Notes: a model not told the origin generated them from the sequence alone. Counted from the stretch's first letter, positions 47,718 to 62,462 are shown. The stretch is 64,000 nt of DNA from Leucoraja ocellata (GCA_036785375.1 JAWMAR010003751.1:1-64000), one strand, 5' to 3'. Program-made: numbers and translations.

Positions 47718-49312
47718 ACATAGAAACATAGAGACATAGAAAATACGTGCAGGAGAAGGCCATTCGACCCTTCAAGCCCCTCATTGTGATCATAGCGTCA
47801 TCCCCAATCAATAACCCGTGCCTGCCTTATCCGCATATCCCTTGACTCCACTAGCCTCTAGAGCTCTATCTAACTCTCTCTTAAATCCATCCAGTGATTT
47901 GGCCTCCACTGCCCTCTGTGGCAGGGAATTCCACAAAATTCACAACTCTCTGGGTGAAAAAGTTTTTTCTCACCTCAGTCTTAAATGCCTCCCCTTTATT
48001 CTAAAACTGTGGCCCCTGGTTCTGGACTCGCCCAACATTGGGACATTTTTTCTTGCATCTAGCTTGTCCAGTCTTTTTATAATTTTATATGTTTCTATAG
48101 GATATCCCCTCATCCTTCTAAACTCCAGTGAATACAAGCCTAGTATTTTCAATCTTTCCTCATATGACAGTCCAGGAATCATTCTCGTGAATCTATGCTG
48201 CACTGCCTCAATCACAAGGATGTCCTTCCTCAAATTCGGAGACCAAAACTGTACACAATACTCCAGATTTGGTCTTTCCAGAGCCTTATACAACTGCAGA
48301 AGAACCTCTCTACTCCTATACTGAAATCCTCTTGTAATGAAGGCTAACATTCCATTAGCTTTCTTCACTGCCTGCTGTACCTGTAAGCCAACTTTCAGTG
48401 GCAGGTGTACAAGGACGCCCAGGTCTCGCTGTACCTCCTCCTTACCCAACCTAACCCCATTGAGATAATCATCTGCCCCCTTGTTTTTCCGCCAAAGTAT
48501 ATAACCCCACACGTATCTATATTATACTGCATCTGCCACGCATCTGCCCACTCACTCAACCTGTCCAGGTCACCCTACAACCTCCTAACAACCTCTTCAC
48601 AGTTCACGCTGCCACCCAGCTTTGTGTCATCCGCAAATTTGCTAGTGTTGCTCCTAATTCCCTCTTCCAAATCATTAATATATATGGTAAACATGTGTGG
48701 CCCCAACATCGAGCCTTGTGGCACTCCACTCGCCACTGCCTGCCATTCTGAAAAAGACACGTTCACTCCTCCTCTTTGCTTCCTGACTGCCAACCAATTT
48801 TCTATCCATGTCAACACCCTACTCCCAATACCATGTGCTCTAATTTTAGTCACCAGTCTCCCGTGCGGGACCTTATCAAAGGCTTTCTGAAAGTCTAGAT
48901 ACACTACATCCTCTGGCTCATCTTCATCCATTTTACATGTCACATCCTCAAAAAATTCAGAAGATTAGACAAGCATGATTTCCCTTTCATAAATCCATGT
49001 TGACTTGGACTAATCGTTTTACTGCTATCCAAATGCCCTATTATTACCTCTTTAATAATTGACTCCAGCATCTTTCCCACCACCGAAGTCAGGCTAACTG
49101 GTCTATAATTCCCCGTTTTCTCTCTCGCTCCTTTCTTGAAAAGTGGGATAACATTAGCTATTCTCCAATCCACAGGAACTGATCCTGAATCAATTGAACA
49201 TTGGAAAATGATCACCAATGCGTCCACTATTTCTAGAGCCACCTCCCTGAGAACCATCAGGCCCAGGGGATTTATCATCCTTCAGTCCCATTAGCCTACC
49301 CAATACTATTTC
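47718..49312 (-). mobile_element. Degenerate CR1 LINE (unit C paralog)
   Basis: RT motifs in ORFs 47970-49278. Confidence 0.92.
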
Positions 49313-50410
49313 TTGGGTGAGAACACTTATTCAGACTTTGTGTCTATTTTTGTAAACCAGCATTTGCAGTTCCTTGTTTCTACAATATATACAGGTGTTT
49401 CTGCTATAACTCGACATCTGATTCTTGAAGCAACCTCGCCATTATGTCAATTGGAAACGAGGGTTTGGGCTCGAGTGTTTCTGAAATTAACGCTTAACCC
49501 CCAAACAATTATCCAAAATAATGAGATTTTTTCATAGCTAATATAATAATATATATTAGCTATGAAACAAATCCTTGAAAATACACACACACATATATAT
49601 ATATATATATTACTGTAAGCTAAAATGCTAATGCTACATTGTTAAATCGATTAGTATTGTACAATATATTGCTTGTAAATTCAATGGCTTCCTGCAGCGA
49701 AACCGACAGCCTGAGTTCTCAAGAAACAATGATCATTGATTACTACAGGGAGGTTACATGGAAACAGTTTTTCGTTATTCCCGACTGTTTTCCCACAAGG
49801 CCGTTTTTTTTCCTGCATGTAAATTTGCATAATACAGTGGCTTGCAAAAGTTTTTCAAACCCCATGAACTTTTCCACATTTTGTCACGTTACAACCACAA
49901 ATGTAAATGTATTTTATTGGGATTTTATGTGATAGACCAACACAAAGTGGTGCAAAATTGTGAAGTGGAGGAAAATAATACATGGTTTTCAATTTGTTTT
50001 ACAAATAAAAAACTAAAAAGTGTGGCGTGCAAAAGTATTCAGCCCCCCTGAGTCAATACTTTGTAGAACCACCTTTCGCTGCAATTACAGCTGCAAGTCT
50101 TTTGGGTATGTCTCTACCAGCTTTGCACATCTAGAGACTGAACTTTTTGCCCATTCTTCTTTGCAAAATAGCTAAAGCTCAGTCAGATTGGATGCAGAGC
50201 GTCTGTGAACAGCAATTTTCAAGCCTTGCCAGAGATTCTCATCAGAGATTGGATTTAGGTCTGGACTTTGACTGGGCCATTCTAACACATGAATATGCTT
50301 TGATCTAAACCATTCCATTGTAGCTCTGGCTGTATGTTTAGGGTCGTTGTCCTGCTGGAAGGTGAACCTCCGCCCCAGTCTCAAGTCTTTTGCAGACTCT
50401 AACAGGTTTT

Positions 50411-52989
50411 AGCAGGATTAATTAAAAATGTCATAGTTAGGGACTCGTTGGGAACAAGTGACCACAATATGGTCGAATTCCATATTCAAATAGAAGGGGA
50501 GCAGGTTGAAGCTCAGGCTAGGGTGCTTATTCTAAATAAGGGGGATTATGAAGGTATGAGGACTGAGCTGATCAAAGTTGACTGGGATAGCAGACTCAAG
50601 AATAAGACGGTACATGAGCAGTGGTGTACGTTTAAGGGTATACTGTATAACCTTCAAGAAAAATTTATTCCTATGAAGAAAAAAAGGGGTAAGGGTAAGA
50701 AAAGTCAGCCATGGCTCAGTAAAACTATAAAGGATAGTATTCGGCTGAAGGCAAGGGCATATAAGGTAGCCAGAGATAGTGGGAGGGTAGAGGATTGGGA
50801 AGCATTTAAAGGTCAGCAAAAAATAACTAAGAGATTAATTAAGACGGGGAAAATAGACTATGAAAGGAATTTAGCGAACAACATAAAAACTAATAGTAAG
50901 AGTTTTTATAGCTATATAAAAAGAAAAAGGGTGGCTAAGGTGAACGTTGGTCCATTGGAGGGTGAGACTGGAGAGTTGTTGGTGGGGAACATGGAAATGG
51001 CAAAGGCATTAAACGAGTATTTTGTATCAGTCTTCACCATAGAAGACACAAAAAATATTCCAACGCTGGATAAACAGGGGGCGGTAGGAATGGAGGAGCT
51101 AAATACTATTAAGATCACCAAGGAGGTGGTATTAGGGAAATTAATGAGACTGAAGGAGGATAAATCCCCTGGGCCTGATGGATTACATCCAAGGGTCTTG
51201 AGGGAGATAGCGGTGGGGATTGTGGATGCATTGGTGATAATTTTCCAAAACTCCCTGGAGGCAGGAACGGTCCCAGTGGATTGGAAAATGGCCAATGTAA
51301 CACCTATATTTAAAAAAGGAAGTAAACAGAAGGCGGGTAACTATAGACCGGTTAGTCTAACATCGGTGGTGGGTAAAATGTTAGAGACAATTATTAAAGA
51401 AACACTAACGGGGCACTTGGATAAACATGACTTCATCGGACAGAACCAGCATGGTTTTGTGAAGGGGAAGTCCTGTTTAACGAATCTGCTCGAATTCTTT
51501 GAGGAAGTAACAACCCGGGTGGATAAAGGGGAACCGGTGGATGTGGTATACTTGGACTTCCAAAAGGCTTTTGACAAGGTGCCACATAAGAGACTATTGC
51601 TAAAAATAAAAAAATATGGGATTGGGGGTAATATATTAGCATGGGTAGAGGATTGGCTAACAAATAGGAAGCAGAGAGTGGGGATAAATGGTTCATACTC
51701 GGGATGGCAACCGGTAACTAGCGGGGTTCCGCAAGGGTCGGTGCTGGGACCCCAGTTGTTCACAATTTATATAAATGATTTGGAGGAGGGAACCAAGTGT
51801 AATATATCAAAATTTGCGGACGATACAAAAATGGGAGGAAAAGTAGGGGATGAGGAGGATAGGAAGAGTCTGCAAAAGGATATTGATAAGCTAGGTGAGT
51901 GGGCAACAACTTGGCAGGTTAAATTTAATACTAATAAATGTGAAGTCATTCACTTTGGAAAAAAAATGATAGGGCAAGTTATTTTCTAAATGAGGAGGAG
52001 CTGCGTTGTAATGCAACGCAAAGGGATCTAGGGATATTAGTACATGAATCACTGAAAGTTAGTATGCAGGTGCAGCAAGCAATCAGGAAGGCCAATGGAG
52101 TTTTGGCCTTTATTGCTAGGGGGATTGAGTATAAAAACACGGAGGTCTTGCTGCAGCTGTACACAGTATTATTGAGACCACATTTGAAATACTGTGTACA
52201 GTTCTGGGGTCCATACTTAAGAAAGGATGTACTAGCCCTGGAGGCAGTGCAGCGAAGGTTTACAAGATTAATTCCTGCAATGAGGGGATTGACATATGAG
52301 GAAAGGTTAAGTAGGCTGGAACTCTACTCTTTGGAGTTTAGAAGAATGAGAGGCGATCTCATTGAAACATATAAGATCGTGAGGGGCCTTGATCGGGTGG
52401 ATGCACCGAGGATGTTCCCAATGATCGGGGAAACTAGAACTAGGGGACATAGTTGCAGAATAAGGGGGGGCTCTTTTAAAACTGAGATGAGGAAGAACTT
52501 CTTCACCCAGAGGGTGGTTAATTTATGGAATTCACTGCCCCGGGGAGCAGTGGAAGCAGAAACTTTAAATATATTTAAGACTAAAATAGATGTTTTTTTA
52601 GCTGCCAAGGGGATAAGGGGCTACGGGGAGAGGGCAGGGATATGGACCTAGGTATGGTTAGTATAGTAAGACCTGAGTGATCTCCTGGACAAGTGTCGAT
52701 CGCCTGGATTGGGGTCGGAGAGGAATTTCCCGGATTTTTTTCCCGAATTGGACCTGGGTTTTTATCCGGTTTTTGCCTCCCCCAGGAGATCACGAGGTTC
52801 TTGGGGTGGAGAGGGGTGATAGCGGTATAAAGGGGAGGGTAGTGTCTTGTGTTCTGTGTCTTGTGTCTACTGTTTGTGGGTAAGTGTGTCTGTTTAGTGT
52901 TCAGCCATGAGCGAATGGCGGTGCGGGCTCGACGGACCTGGTGGTCTACTCTCGCACCTACTTTCTATGTTTCTATGTTTCTATGTTTT
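50411..52989 (+). mobile_element. Young 5'-truncated CR1 LINE (end of endonuclease + RT, ORF2 nearly intact)
   Basis: 513-aa ORF (SDHNMV...YLDFQKAFDKVPH...KFADD) continued by the 195-aa ORF after one frameshift at a homopolymer (~51958); (TTCTATGT)n tail. Confidence 0.95.
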
Positions 52990-53328
52990 CTTACAAGATT
53001 GCCCTGTATTTGGCTCCATCCATCTTCCCATCAACTCTGACCAGCTTCCCTGTCCCTGCTGAAGAAAAGCATCCCCACAGCATGATGCTGCCACCACCAT
53101 GTTTCACAGTGGGGATGGTGTGTTCAGGGTGATGTGCAGTGTTAATTTTCCGCCACACATAGTATTTTGCATTTAGGCCAAAAACTTCAATTTTGATCTC
53201 ATCTGACCAGAGCACCTTCCTCCACATGTTTGCTGTGTCCCCCACATGGCTTGTGGCAAACTGCAAACGGGACTTCTTATGGCTTTTTTTCAACAATGGC
53301 TTTCTTCTTGCCACTCTTCCATAAAGAC

Positions 53329-54254
53329 GTGAGACGTGAATTGGCCAAGATTGACTGACAATTAATTCTAAAAGGGTTGACGGTGGATATGCAATGGAAG
53401 ACATTTAAAGACTGCATGGATGAACTACAAAAAATGTTCATACCAGTTTGGCAAAAGAATAAATCAGGGACGGTAGTACATCCATGGATTATTATCTAAA
53501 TGGTGGCCGATTGGGAAAGGGGGAGATGCAGCGAGACCTGGGTGTCATGGTACACCAGTCATCGAATGTAGGCATGCAGATGCGGCAGGCAGTAAAGAAA
53601 GCGAATGCTATGTTAGCATTCATTGCAAAAGGATTTGAGTATAGGAGCAGGGAGGTTCTACTGCAGTTGTACAGGGTCTTGGTGAGACCACACCTGGAGT
53701 ATTGCGTACAGTTTTGGTCTCCAAATCTGAGGAAGGACATTCTTGCCATAGAGGGAGTGCAGAGACGGTTCACCAGACTGATTCCTGGGATGTCAGGACT
53801 GTCTTATGAAGAAAGACTGGATAGACTTGGTTTATACTCTCTAGAATTTAGGAGATTGAGAGGGGATCTTATAGAAACTTACAAAATTCTTAAGGGGTTG
53901 GACAGGCTAGATGCAGGAAGATTGTTCCCGATGTTAGGGAAGTCGAGGACAAGGGGTCACAGCTTAAGGATAAGGGGGAAATCCATTAAAACCGAGATGA
54001 GAACTTTTTTCACACAGAGAGTGGTGAATCTCTGGAACTCTCTGCCACAGAGGGTAGTTGAGGCCAGTTCATTGGCTATATTTAAGAGGGAGTTAGATGT
54101 TGCCCTTGTGGCTAAGGGGATCAGGGGGTATGGAGAGAAGGCAGGTACGGGATACGGAGTTGGATGATCAGCCATGATCATATTGAATGGCGGTGCAGGC
54201 TCGAAGGGCCGAATGGCCTACTCCTGCACCTAATTTCTATGTTTCTATGTTTCT
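53329..54254 (+). mobile_element. CR1 LINE insertion with a large internal deletion, AAGAC target duplication
   Basis: AAGAC at 53324-53328 and 54255-54259; 227-aa ORF2 C-terminal ORF; (TTCTATGT)n tail. Confidence 0.9.
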
Positions 54255-57200
54255 AAGACCCGATTTGTGGAGTGCACGACTAATAGTTGTCCTGTGGACA
54301 GATTCTCCCACCTGAGCTGTGGATCTCTGCAGCTTCTCCAGAGTTGGCTATTTGGCTGCTTCGCTGATCAATGCTCTCCTTGCCCGGCCTGTCAGTTTAG
54401 GTGGACGGCCATGTCTTGGTAGGTTTGCAGTTGTGCCATACTCTTTCCATTTTCGGATGATGGGTTGAACAGTGCTCCGTGAGATGTTCAAAGCTTGGGA
54501 TATTTTTTATAACCTGACCCTGCTTTAACCTTCTTCACAATTATGCGCCACCATGTGTTGGTCTATCACATAAAATCCCAATAAAGCACATTTACGTTTG
54601 TGGTTGTAACGTCACAAAATGTGGAAAAGTTCAAGGGGTATGAATACTTTTGCAAGCCACTGTAGGTTTCAAGCGGTTCTCACGCATCAGTCGAGTCATG
54701 TCTCAATCGCGTTGTGCAAACACTGAAATAGTAGACATTTCCTGCAATTGTGAAACATTTCAGGGGTTTTGCAATTTCATCGCATCGCTCTCACGGTCTT
54801 TACCAAACACCGTCCCAAGAAATACATGGCCACGGATCAAACAGCAGGATTTCTGCTATCAGTTTAGTTTATTGTCACGTGTACCGAGGTACAGTGAAAA
54901 GCTTTTGTTGCGTGCTATCCAGTCAGCAGAAAAACAATACATGATTACAATCGAGCCATTGTATACATGATAAGGGAATAACGTTTAGTGCAAAGTAAGG
55001 CCAGTAAAATCCCATCAATGATAGTCCGAGGGTCACCAATGAGGTAGATAGTATTTCAGCGCTGATCTATGGTTCTGGTGAGATGGTTCAATTGCCTGAT
55101 AACAGATGGGAAGAAACTGGTCCTGAACTGAATTGAAATTTGCATTCCAACTCATTCCAAGTGCAACATAAAAGTTAGTGGAAAAGTAGACACAAAATGC
55201 TGGAGTAACACTGCGGGCGAGGCAGCATCTGTGGAGAGAAGGAATGGTCGACGTTTCGGGTCGAGGCCCTTCTTCAGCCTGAAATTCAGGAGGGAAATTG
55301 ATCTGCCGACTGCCATAAAACACAAAACATGAAATTAAAGTGACAAGTGGAAAGGATTGGGGATGTGCAAAAATTGAGGTGTGGGGGGAGGGGGAGGGGG
55401 TTAATCTCAGTCTACCCCACGACAGAAGGGGGAGGAGTTGTACAATTTGATCTCCACTGGGAAGAAGGATCTCCAGTGACGTTCTGTGCTGCATCTTGGT
55501 GGAACCAGTCTGTTGCTGAAGGTGCGATATGGAACGATGAATGAAAGACATGCAAAAACAGTAACGATGACAAAGCAAGCATGCTCAGGACTTTCACATG
55601 AAGAAAGACTGGATAGACTCGGCTTGTACTCGCTAGAATTTAGAAGATTGAGTGGAGATCTTATAGAAACTTACAACATTCTTAAAGGGAGGAATCAGGG
55701 GGTATGGGGAGAAGGCAGGGATGGGATACTGAGTTGGATGATCAGCCGTGATCATATTGAATGGCGGTGCAGGCTCGAAGGGCCGAATGGCCTAATCCTA
55801 CACCTATTTTCTACGTTTCTATCTTTCTATGTGACGTTCTGTGCTGCATCTTGGTGGAACCAGTCTGTTGCCTGCCCTCCAAGGCCACCTCCCATGAATC
55901 CAACTCCGCCCCCAGGTCGGAGCCAGCCTACCTGGTGAGTTTTAGCTGGAGAAACCCAAGGCATGTTGACCACACAGAATTTGCCCTCGTCACCCGACAT
56001 GGTTTACGGAAGGTAGAATTGTGCCGGATGCAGATAAGACTGGAGGTTGACGAAATCTCTCTGTTTTTGAAGCTCGGTGCTTCGCTTCGCCCCCTGTAAG
56101 AAGTCAAAGGGCTGCTTTAGATCCAACGCTGCCAGTGCGCGACAATTGAGTGGGGGTAAGTACCGGAATATCGAGTAGCCCTGGGTAGGGCGTTGGGAAT
56201 ATTGTGTGTTTATGTTGGTGGGTCTAACCAGGTTAGTTTTTGTGCTTATGTTAGTGGGATGTTGGTGGGTCTAACCAAGTTAGTTTGTGTGTTTATGTTT
56301 AGTGGGATGTTGGTGGGTCTAACCAGGTTAGTTTGTGTGTTTATGTGTAGTGGGATGTTGGTGGGTCTAACCAGGTTAGTTTGTGTGTTTATGTGTAGTG
56401 GGATGTTGGTGGGTCTAACCAGGTTAGTTTGTGTGTTTATGTGTAGTGGGATGTTGGTGGGTCTAACCAGGTTAGTTTAGTTTACAAATACAGTGCGAAA
56501 TACAGACCCTTCGCTTCACTGAATCCGCACCGACCAGAGGTCGCCGCACATTATCTCTACACTACAATTTACACTTGTACCAGGTCAATTGAACTACAAA
56601 CCTGCACGGTTTGGGAGTGTGGGAGGAAACAGAATATCTCGGAGAAAACACACTCAGGTCACGTTGAGAACGTGAGTCGGCACCCGAGGTCGGGATCGAA
56701 CCCGGGACTCTGGCGCTGTGAGCGCTGTAAGGCAGCAACTCTACCGCTGCGCCACCATGGCCGCCAGTCTCATGCGGTAGAAGACTGAGTGTTGGGCAAT
56801 GAGTTACCCTGCAGGGGGTTCATGGATGGTAGGGAGGAGGAAGGGGGGTGGGGTGGGGAGAGGTGGAGGCAGAGAAGGGGAGAGGTGGTGAGAGAGCGGG
56901 GGAGAGAGGGGGAGGAGAGGGAGGGGGAGAGGGAGGGAGGGGAAGAGACTGTTACACAGTATGGACGCTGCACATCTTCCCAGTACCTGGGTTGATTCTC
57001 AGCTTGGGTGCTGTTGCTGTAGATATTTTGCACGTTGTACCTGTGATTGGACTGTATGTTTGTTCCATGGCTTCTTCTCGTGTCACAAAGGTTTGCTGGC
57101 AGGGTTAATTGGCCGGTGTAAATTGCCTCTAGAGGAGGTGGGTGCTGAGTGATGTTTGTGGCACGTGAGGGTAAATCTATCACAGGAAATACGCGGAGAA

Positions 57201-57304
57201 TGCATCTCTGGTGAAATTACAGCAGCAGTTTGCTGGAATACTCGGGAGATTTCTCCATACTCTTCTATTTTAAAATGGCTTCAGACTGTGACCACATTCT
57301 CACG

Positions 57305-58920
57305 GATAAATGTGAGATTATCCACTTTGGTAGCAAATACAGGAAGGCAGATTAATATCTAAATAGCATCAAGTTGGGAAAAGGGGAAGTACAACGGGAT
57401 CTGGGGGTCCTTGTACATCAGTCTATGAAAGTAAGCATGCAGGTACAGCAGGCAGTGAGAAAGCGAATGGCATGTTGGCCTTTATAACAAGAGGAATCGA
57501 ATATAGGAGCAAATAGGTCCTTCTGCAGTTGTGCAGAGCCCTAGTGAGACCACACCTGGAGTATTGTGTGCAGTTTTGGCCCCCTAATTTGAGGAATGAC
57601 ATTCTTGCTATTGAGGGAGTGCAGCGTGGGTTTACACGGTTAATTCCCAGGATGGCGGGACTGTCATATGCTGAGAGAATGGAGCGGCTGGGCTTGTACA
57701 CTCTGGAGTTTAGAAGGATGAGAGGTTATCTCATTGAAACATATAAGATTGTTAAGGGTTTGGACACGCTAGAGGCAGGAAACATGTTCCCGATGTTGGG
57801 GGAGTCCAGAACCAGGGGCCACAGTTTAAGAATAAGGAGTAAACCATTTAGAACGGAGATGAGGAAACACTTTTCTCACAGAGTGGTGAATGTGGAATTC
57901 TCTGCTTCAGAGGCAGGTTCTCTGGATGCTTTCAAGAGAGAGCTAGATAGGGCTATTACAAATTGCTGTATCAGGGGATATGGGGAGAAGGCAGGAACGG
58001 GGTACTGATTGGGAATTATCAGCCATGATCACATTGAATGGTGGTGCTGGCTCGAAGGGCCGAATGGCCTACTCCTGCACCTATTGTCTATTGTCTATTG
58101 TCTATTGTCAATAATGTACCTGGACTTTCAGAAAGCATTTGATAAGGTCCCACATAGGAGATTAGTGGGCAAAATTAGGGCACAAAGTATTGGGGGTAGA
58201 GTGGTGACATGGATAGAAAAGTGGTTGGCAGACAGGAAACAAAGAGTAGGGATTAACGGATCCCTTTAAAAATGGCAGGCAGTGACTGGTGGGGTACAGC
58301 AAGGCTCGGTGCTGGGACTGCAGCTATTTACAATATATATTCATGATTTAGATGAAGGGATTCAAAGTAACACTAGCAAATTTGTAGATGACACAAAGCT
58401 GGGTGGCAGTGTGAACTGTGAGGAGGATGCTATGAGAATGCTGGGTGACTTGGACAGGTTGAGTGAGTGGGCAGGTGCAGTTTAATGTAGGTAAATGTGA
58501 GGTTATCCACTTTGGTAAAAAAAAACAGGAATTAAGATTATTATCTAAATGGCGTCGTTGGGGAAATGGGAAGTACAACGGGATCTGGGGGTCCTTGTTC
58601 TTCAGTCAATGATAGTAAGCATGCAGGTAGAGCAGGCAGTGAATACATCGAATGGCCTGTTGGCCTTCATAACACTAGGTGTTGAGTATAGGAGCAAAGA
58701 GGTCCTTCTACAGTTGTACAGAGACCTGATGAGATCACACCTGGAGTATTGTGTGCAGTTTTGATTTCCCAAATTTGAGGAAGGACATTCTTGCTATTGA
58801 GGGAGTGCAGCGTAGGTTCACCAGGTTAATTCCCGGGATGGTCGGACTGCCATATGCTGAGAAAATTGAACGGCTGGGTTTGTATACTCTGGAGTTTAGA
58901 AGGATGAGAGGTGATCTTAT
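57305..58920 (+). mobile_element. CR1 fragments (unit C paralog of 34765-36385)
   Basis: RT motifs in ORFs 57529-58954. Confidence 0.9.
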
Positions 58921-58927
58921 TGTAACA

Positions 58928-59110
58928 TTCAGTGCTTTAGTAAAGGTACAGTGAGCCAAGGGTACAGTGGGCTAAAGGTACAGCGGGCTAAAGGTACAGT
59001 GCTTTAGTAAAGGTACAGTGAGCCAATGGTACAGTGGGTTAAAGGTACAGTGCTTTAGTAAAGGTACAGTGAGCCAAGGGTACAGTGGGCTAAAGGTACA
59101 GTGCTTTTTG
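58928..59110. repeat. Short variable tandem repeat (core AAAGGTACAGTG) at the 5' end of a CR1 element
   Basis: About ten recurrences of (A)AGGTACAGTG. Confidence 0.85.
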
Positions 59111-62100
59111 TTTATATAATAAAGGTGCAGTTTAAAGGTCACGAGGGAGCAGCTGTTGTGAGTCAGATACCTGCTGATTTCCCCCAGCAGTTTCTATTGT
59201 ATTATACTTGTATCGGATCCAGGGTAAGGCGGGAGAATGACAGTCAGAGCAGTATACTGTTCTGGATGTCAGATGTGGGAGGTCATGGTGTCGGATGGCC
59301 CTCCAGACGTCCACATCTGCACCAGGTGCAGCGAGATGGGGCTCCTAAGGGACCGTATTAGGATCCTGGAGCAGCAGCTAGCTGACCTCTGCCTGGTCAT
59401 GGAGAGTGATGAGGTCATAGAGGGGAGTTATAGGGAGGTGGTCACTCCAAAACCACGGGAGAGAGACATGTGGGTCACGTTAAGGAAGGGCAAGAAGCAG
59501 AGGCAGGAACGAGTGAGTGCTCCAATGTCAGTACACCTCGCAAATAAGTACTCCTGTTTGAGTACGGAAGGGGGTGACAGCCTACCCCGGGGTAGTGACA
59601 GCGGACGGGCCTCCAGCACAGAGACCGGCCCAGTTGCTCCAAAAGGTAGGGAAAAAAGAGGGCAATATTAATTGGGGACTCTATTGTTAGGGGGTCGGAT
59701 AGGCGATTCTGTGGACGCAGTCGGGAGACCAGGATGGTGGTCTGCCTCCCTGGTGCCAAGGTCTCGGACGTGTCTCAACGCATCCAAGATATCCTTAAAT
59801 CAGAGGGAGAGGAGCCTGAGGTTGTGGTACATATAGGTACCAATGACATAGGTAAAAAAACGGAAGAGGTCCTGAAGGGAGGTTTTAGGGAGTTGGGAGG
59901 AGAGTTAAGAAAAATGACCAAAAAGGTAACAATCTCAGGATTACTGCCTGTGCCACGCAACAGTGAGAGTAGGAATGGAGCGAGGTGGAGGATAAATGCG
60001 TGGCTGAAAGACTGGTGCAGACGGCAGGGATTCAAGTTCCTGGATCATTGGGACTTATTTTGGGGAAGGTGGGACCTGTACAGAAAGGATGGATTGCACT
60101 TGAACCCGAGGGGGACCAATATCCTAGCGGGGAAATTTGCAAAGGCTGCTGGGGAGACTTTAAACTAGAATGGTTGGGGCGAGGGACTCAAATAGCGAAA
60201 GGTAGTAGACAGAATGGGAGGCAGGAAGCAGAAAAGGGAAGCACTCGGACACAAGAGGAGTAAGAAAAAAAAGGAAATAAACAGAGAATAAGAGACGGGG
60301 GTTTCTTAAATTGCATATTTTAATGCTAGGAGCATTGTAAGAAAAGTGGATGAGCTTAGAGTCTGGATAGACACCTGGAAGTATGATGTTGTGATATAAT
60401 TATGGAGAGGGTCAGAACTGGACCTAGGGTTGAGATTTTTGATTGGAGAAAGGCTAACTTTGATGAGATGCGAGATGATTTAAAAGGAGTGAACTGGGAC
60501 AGTTTGTTTTATGGGAAGCATGTAGAAGAGAAATGGAGGACATTTAAAGGTGAATTTTTAAGAGTACAGAATATTTATGTTCCTGTTCGGTTGAAAGGAA
60601 ACAGTAAAAATTGGAAAGAGCCCTGGTTTTCAAGGGAAATTGGACATCTTGTTCGGAAAAAGAGGGAGATCTACAATAATTATAGGCAGCATGAAGTAAA
60701 TGAGGTGCTTGAGGAGTATAAGGAATGTAAAAAGAATCTAAAGAAAGAAATTAGAAAAGCTAAAAGAAGATATGAGGTTGCTTTGGCAAGTAATGTGAAA
60801 GTAAATCCAAAGGGTTTCTACAGCTATATTAATAGCAAAAGGATAACGAGGGATAAAATTGGTCCATCGGAGAGACAGAGTGGACAGTTATCTGCAGAGC
60901 CAAAAGAGATGGGGGAGATATTGAACATTTGTTTTTCTTCGGTATTCACCAAGGAGAAGGATATTGAATTATGTGAGGTAAGGGAAACTAGTAGAGTAGC
61001 TATGGATACTATGAGGTTCAAAGTAAAAGAAGTACTGACACTTTTGAAAAATATAAAAGTGGATAAGTCTCCAGGTTCTGACAGGATATTTCCTAGGACA
61101 TTGAGGGAAGTTAGTGTAGAAATAGCCGGGGCTATGACAGAAATATTTCAAATGTCATTAGAAACGGGAATAGTCCCCGAGGATTGGCGTACTGCGCATG
61201 TTGTTCGATTGTTTAAAAAGGGTTCTAAGAGTAAACCTAGCAATTATAGACCTGTTAGTTTGACTTCAGTGGTGGGCACATTAATGGAAAAGATACTTAG
61301 AGATAATATATATATAAGCATCTAGATAAACAGGGTCTGATTAGGAACAGTCAACATGGATTTGTGCCTGGAAGGTCATGTTTGACTAATCTTCTTGAAT
61401 TTTTTGAAGAGGTTACTAGGGAAATTGACGATGGTAAAGCAGTGGATGTTGTCTATATGGACTTTAGTAAGGCCTTTGACAAGGTTCCTCATGGAAGGTT
61501 GGTTAAGAAGGTTCAACTGTTGGGTATAAATGCAGGAATAGCAAGATGGATTCAACAGTGGCTGAATGGGAGAAGCCAGAGGGTAATGGTGGATGGCTGT
61601 TTGTCGGGTTGGAGACAGGTGACTAGTGGGGTGCCTCAGGGATCTGTGTTGGGTCCTTTGTTGTTTGTCATGTACATCAATGATCTGGATGAAGGTTTGG
61701 TAAATTGGATTAGTAAGTATGCAGATGATACCAAGATAGGGGCTGTTGTGGATAATGAAGAGGATTTCCAAAGTCTACAGAGTGATTTAGGCCATTTGGT
61801 AGAATGGGCTTAAAGATGGCAGATGGAGTTTAATGCTGATAAATGTGAGGTGCTACACCTTGGCAGGACAAATCAAAATAGGACGTACATGGTAAATGGT
61901 AGGGAATTGAAGAATACAGTTGAACAGAGGGATCTGGGTATAACCGTGCATAGTTCCTTGAAGGTGGAATCTCATATAGATAGGGTGGTAAAGAAAGCTT
62001 TTGGTATGCTAGCCTTTATAAATCAGAGGATTGAGTATAGAAGCTGGGATGTAATGTTAAAATTGTACAAGGCATTGGTGAGACCAAATCTGGAGTGTGG

Positions 62101-62462
62101 TGTACAATTTTGGTAGCCCAATTATAGGAAGGATGTCAACAAAATAGAGACCGTACAGAGGAGATTTACTAGAATGTTGCCTGGGTTTCAACAACTAAGT
62201 TACAGAGATAGGTTGAATAAGTTAGGTCTTTATTCTCTGGAGCGCAGAAGGTTAAGGGGAGACTTGATAGAGGTCTTTAAAATGATGAGAGGGATAGACA
62301 GAGTTGATGTGGACAAGCTTTTCCCTTTGAGAATAGGGAAGATTCAAACAAGAGGACATGACTTCAGAATTAAGGGACATAAGTTTAGGGGTAATATGAG
62401 GGGGAACTTCTTTACTCAGAGAGTGGTAGCGGTGTGGAATGAGCTCCCAGTGGAAGTGGTGG
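59111..62462 (+). mobile_element. Near full-length degenerate CR1 LINE: ORF1 (zinc finger, leucine zipper, SGNH esterase) and ORF2 (endonuclease largely deleted, RT)
   Basis: ORF1 has CSGC...HICTRC, LRDRIRILEQQL, GDS, VHIGTND and DGLHLN. The ORF2 start NARSIVRKVDELR jumps at ~60395 to the post-EN region. RT motifs MDFSKAFDKVPH, PQGSVLGP, YADD; several stops. Confidence 0.92.

Larger units (their letters stand above)
49835..54662 (-). mobile_element. Tc1 transposon (unit C) carrying two CR1 insertions
   Basis: TA|CAGTGGCTTGCAAAAG ... TTTTGCAAGCCACTG|TA; transposase pieces at 50172-50384 and 52991-53328. Confidence 0.93.

Noticed and set aside
50448-51989. 513-aa host gene or novel reverse-transcriptase system
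   Set aside because: Ordinary CR1 ORF2, 5'-truncated, with a CR1 tail, inserted in a Tc1.
56193-56480. Hydrophobic repeat ORF (GMLVGLTRLVCVFMCS)n, also 32164-32412
   Set aside because: Artefact of a stop-free 48-bp minisatellite.
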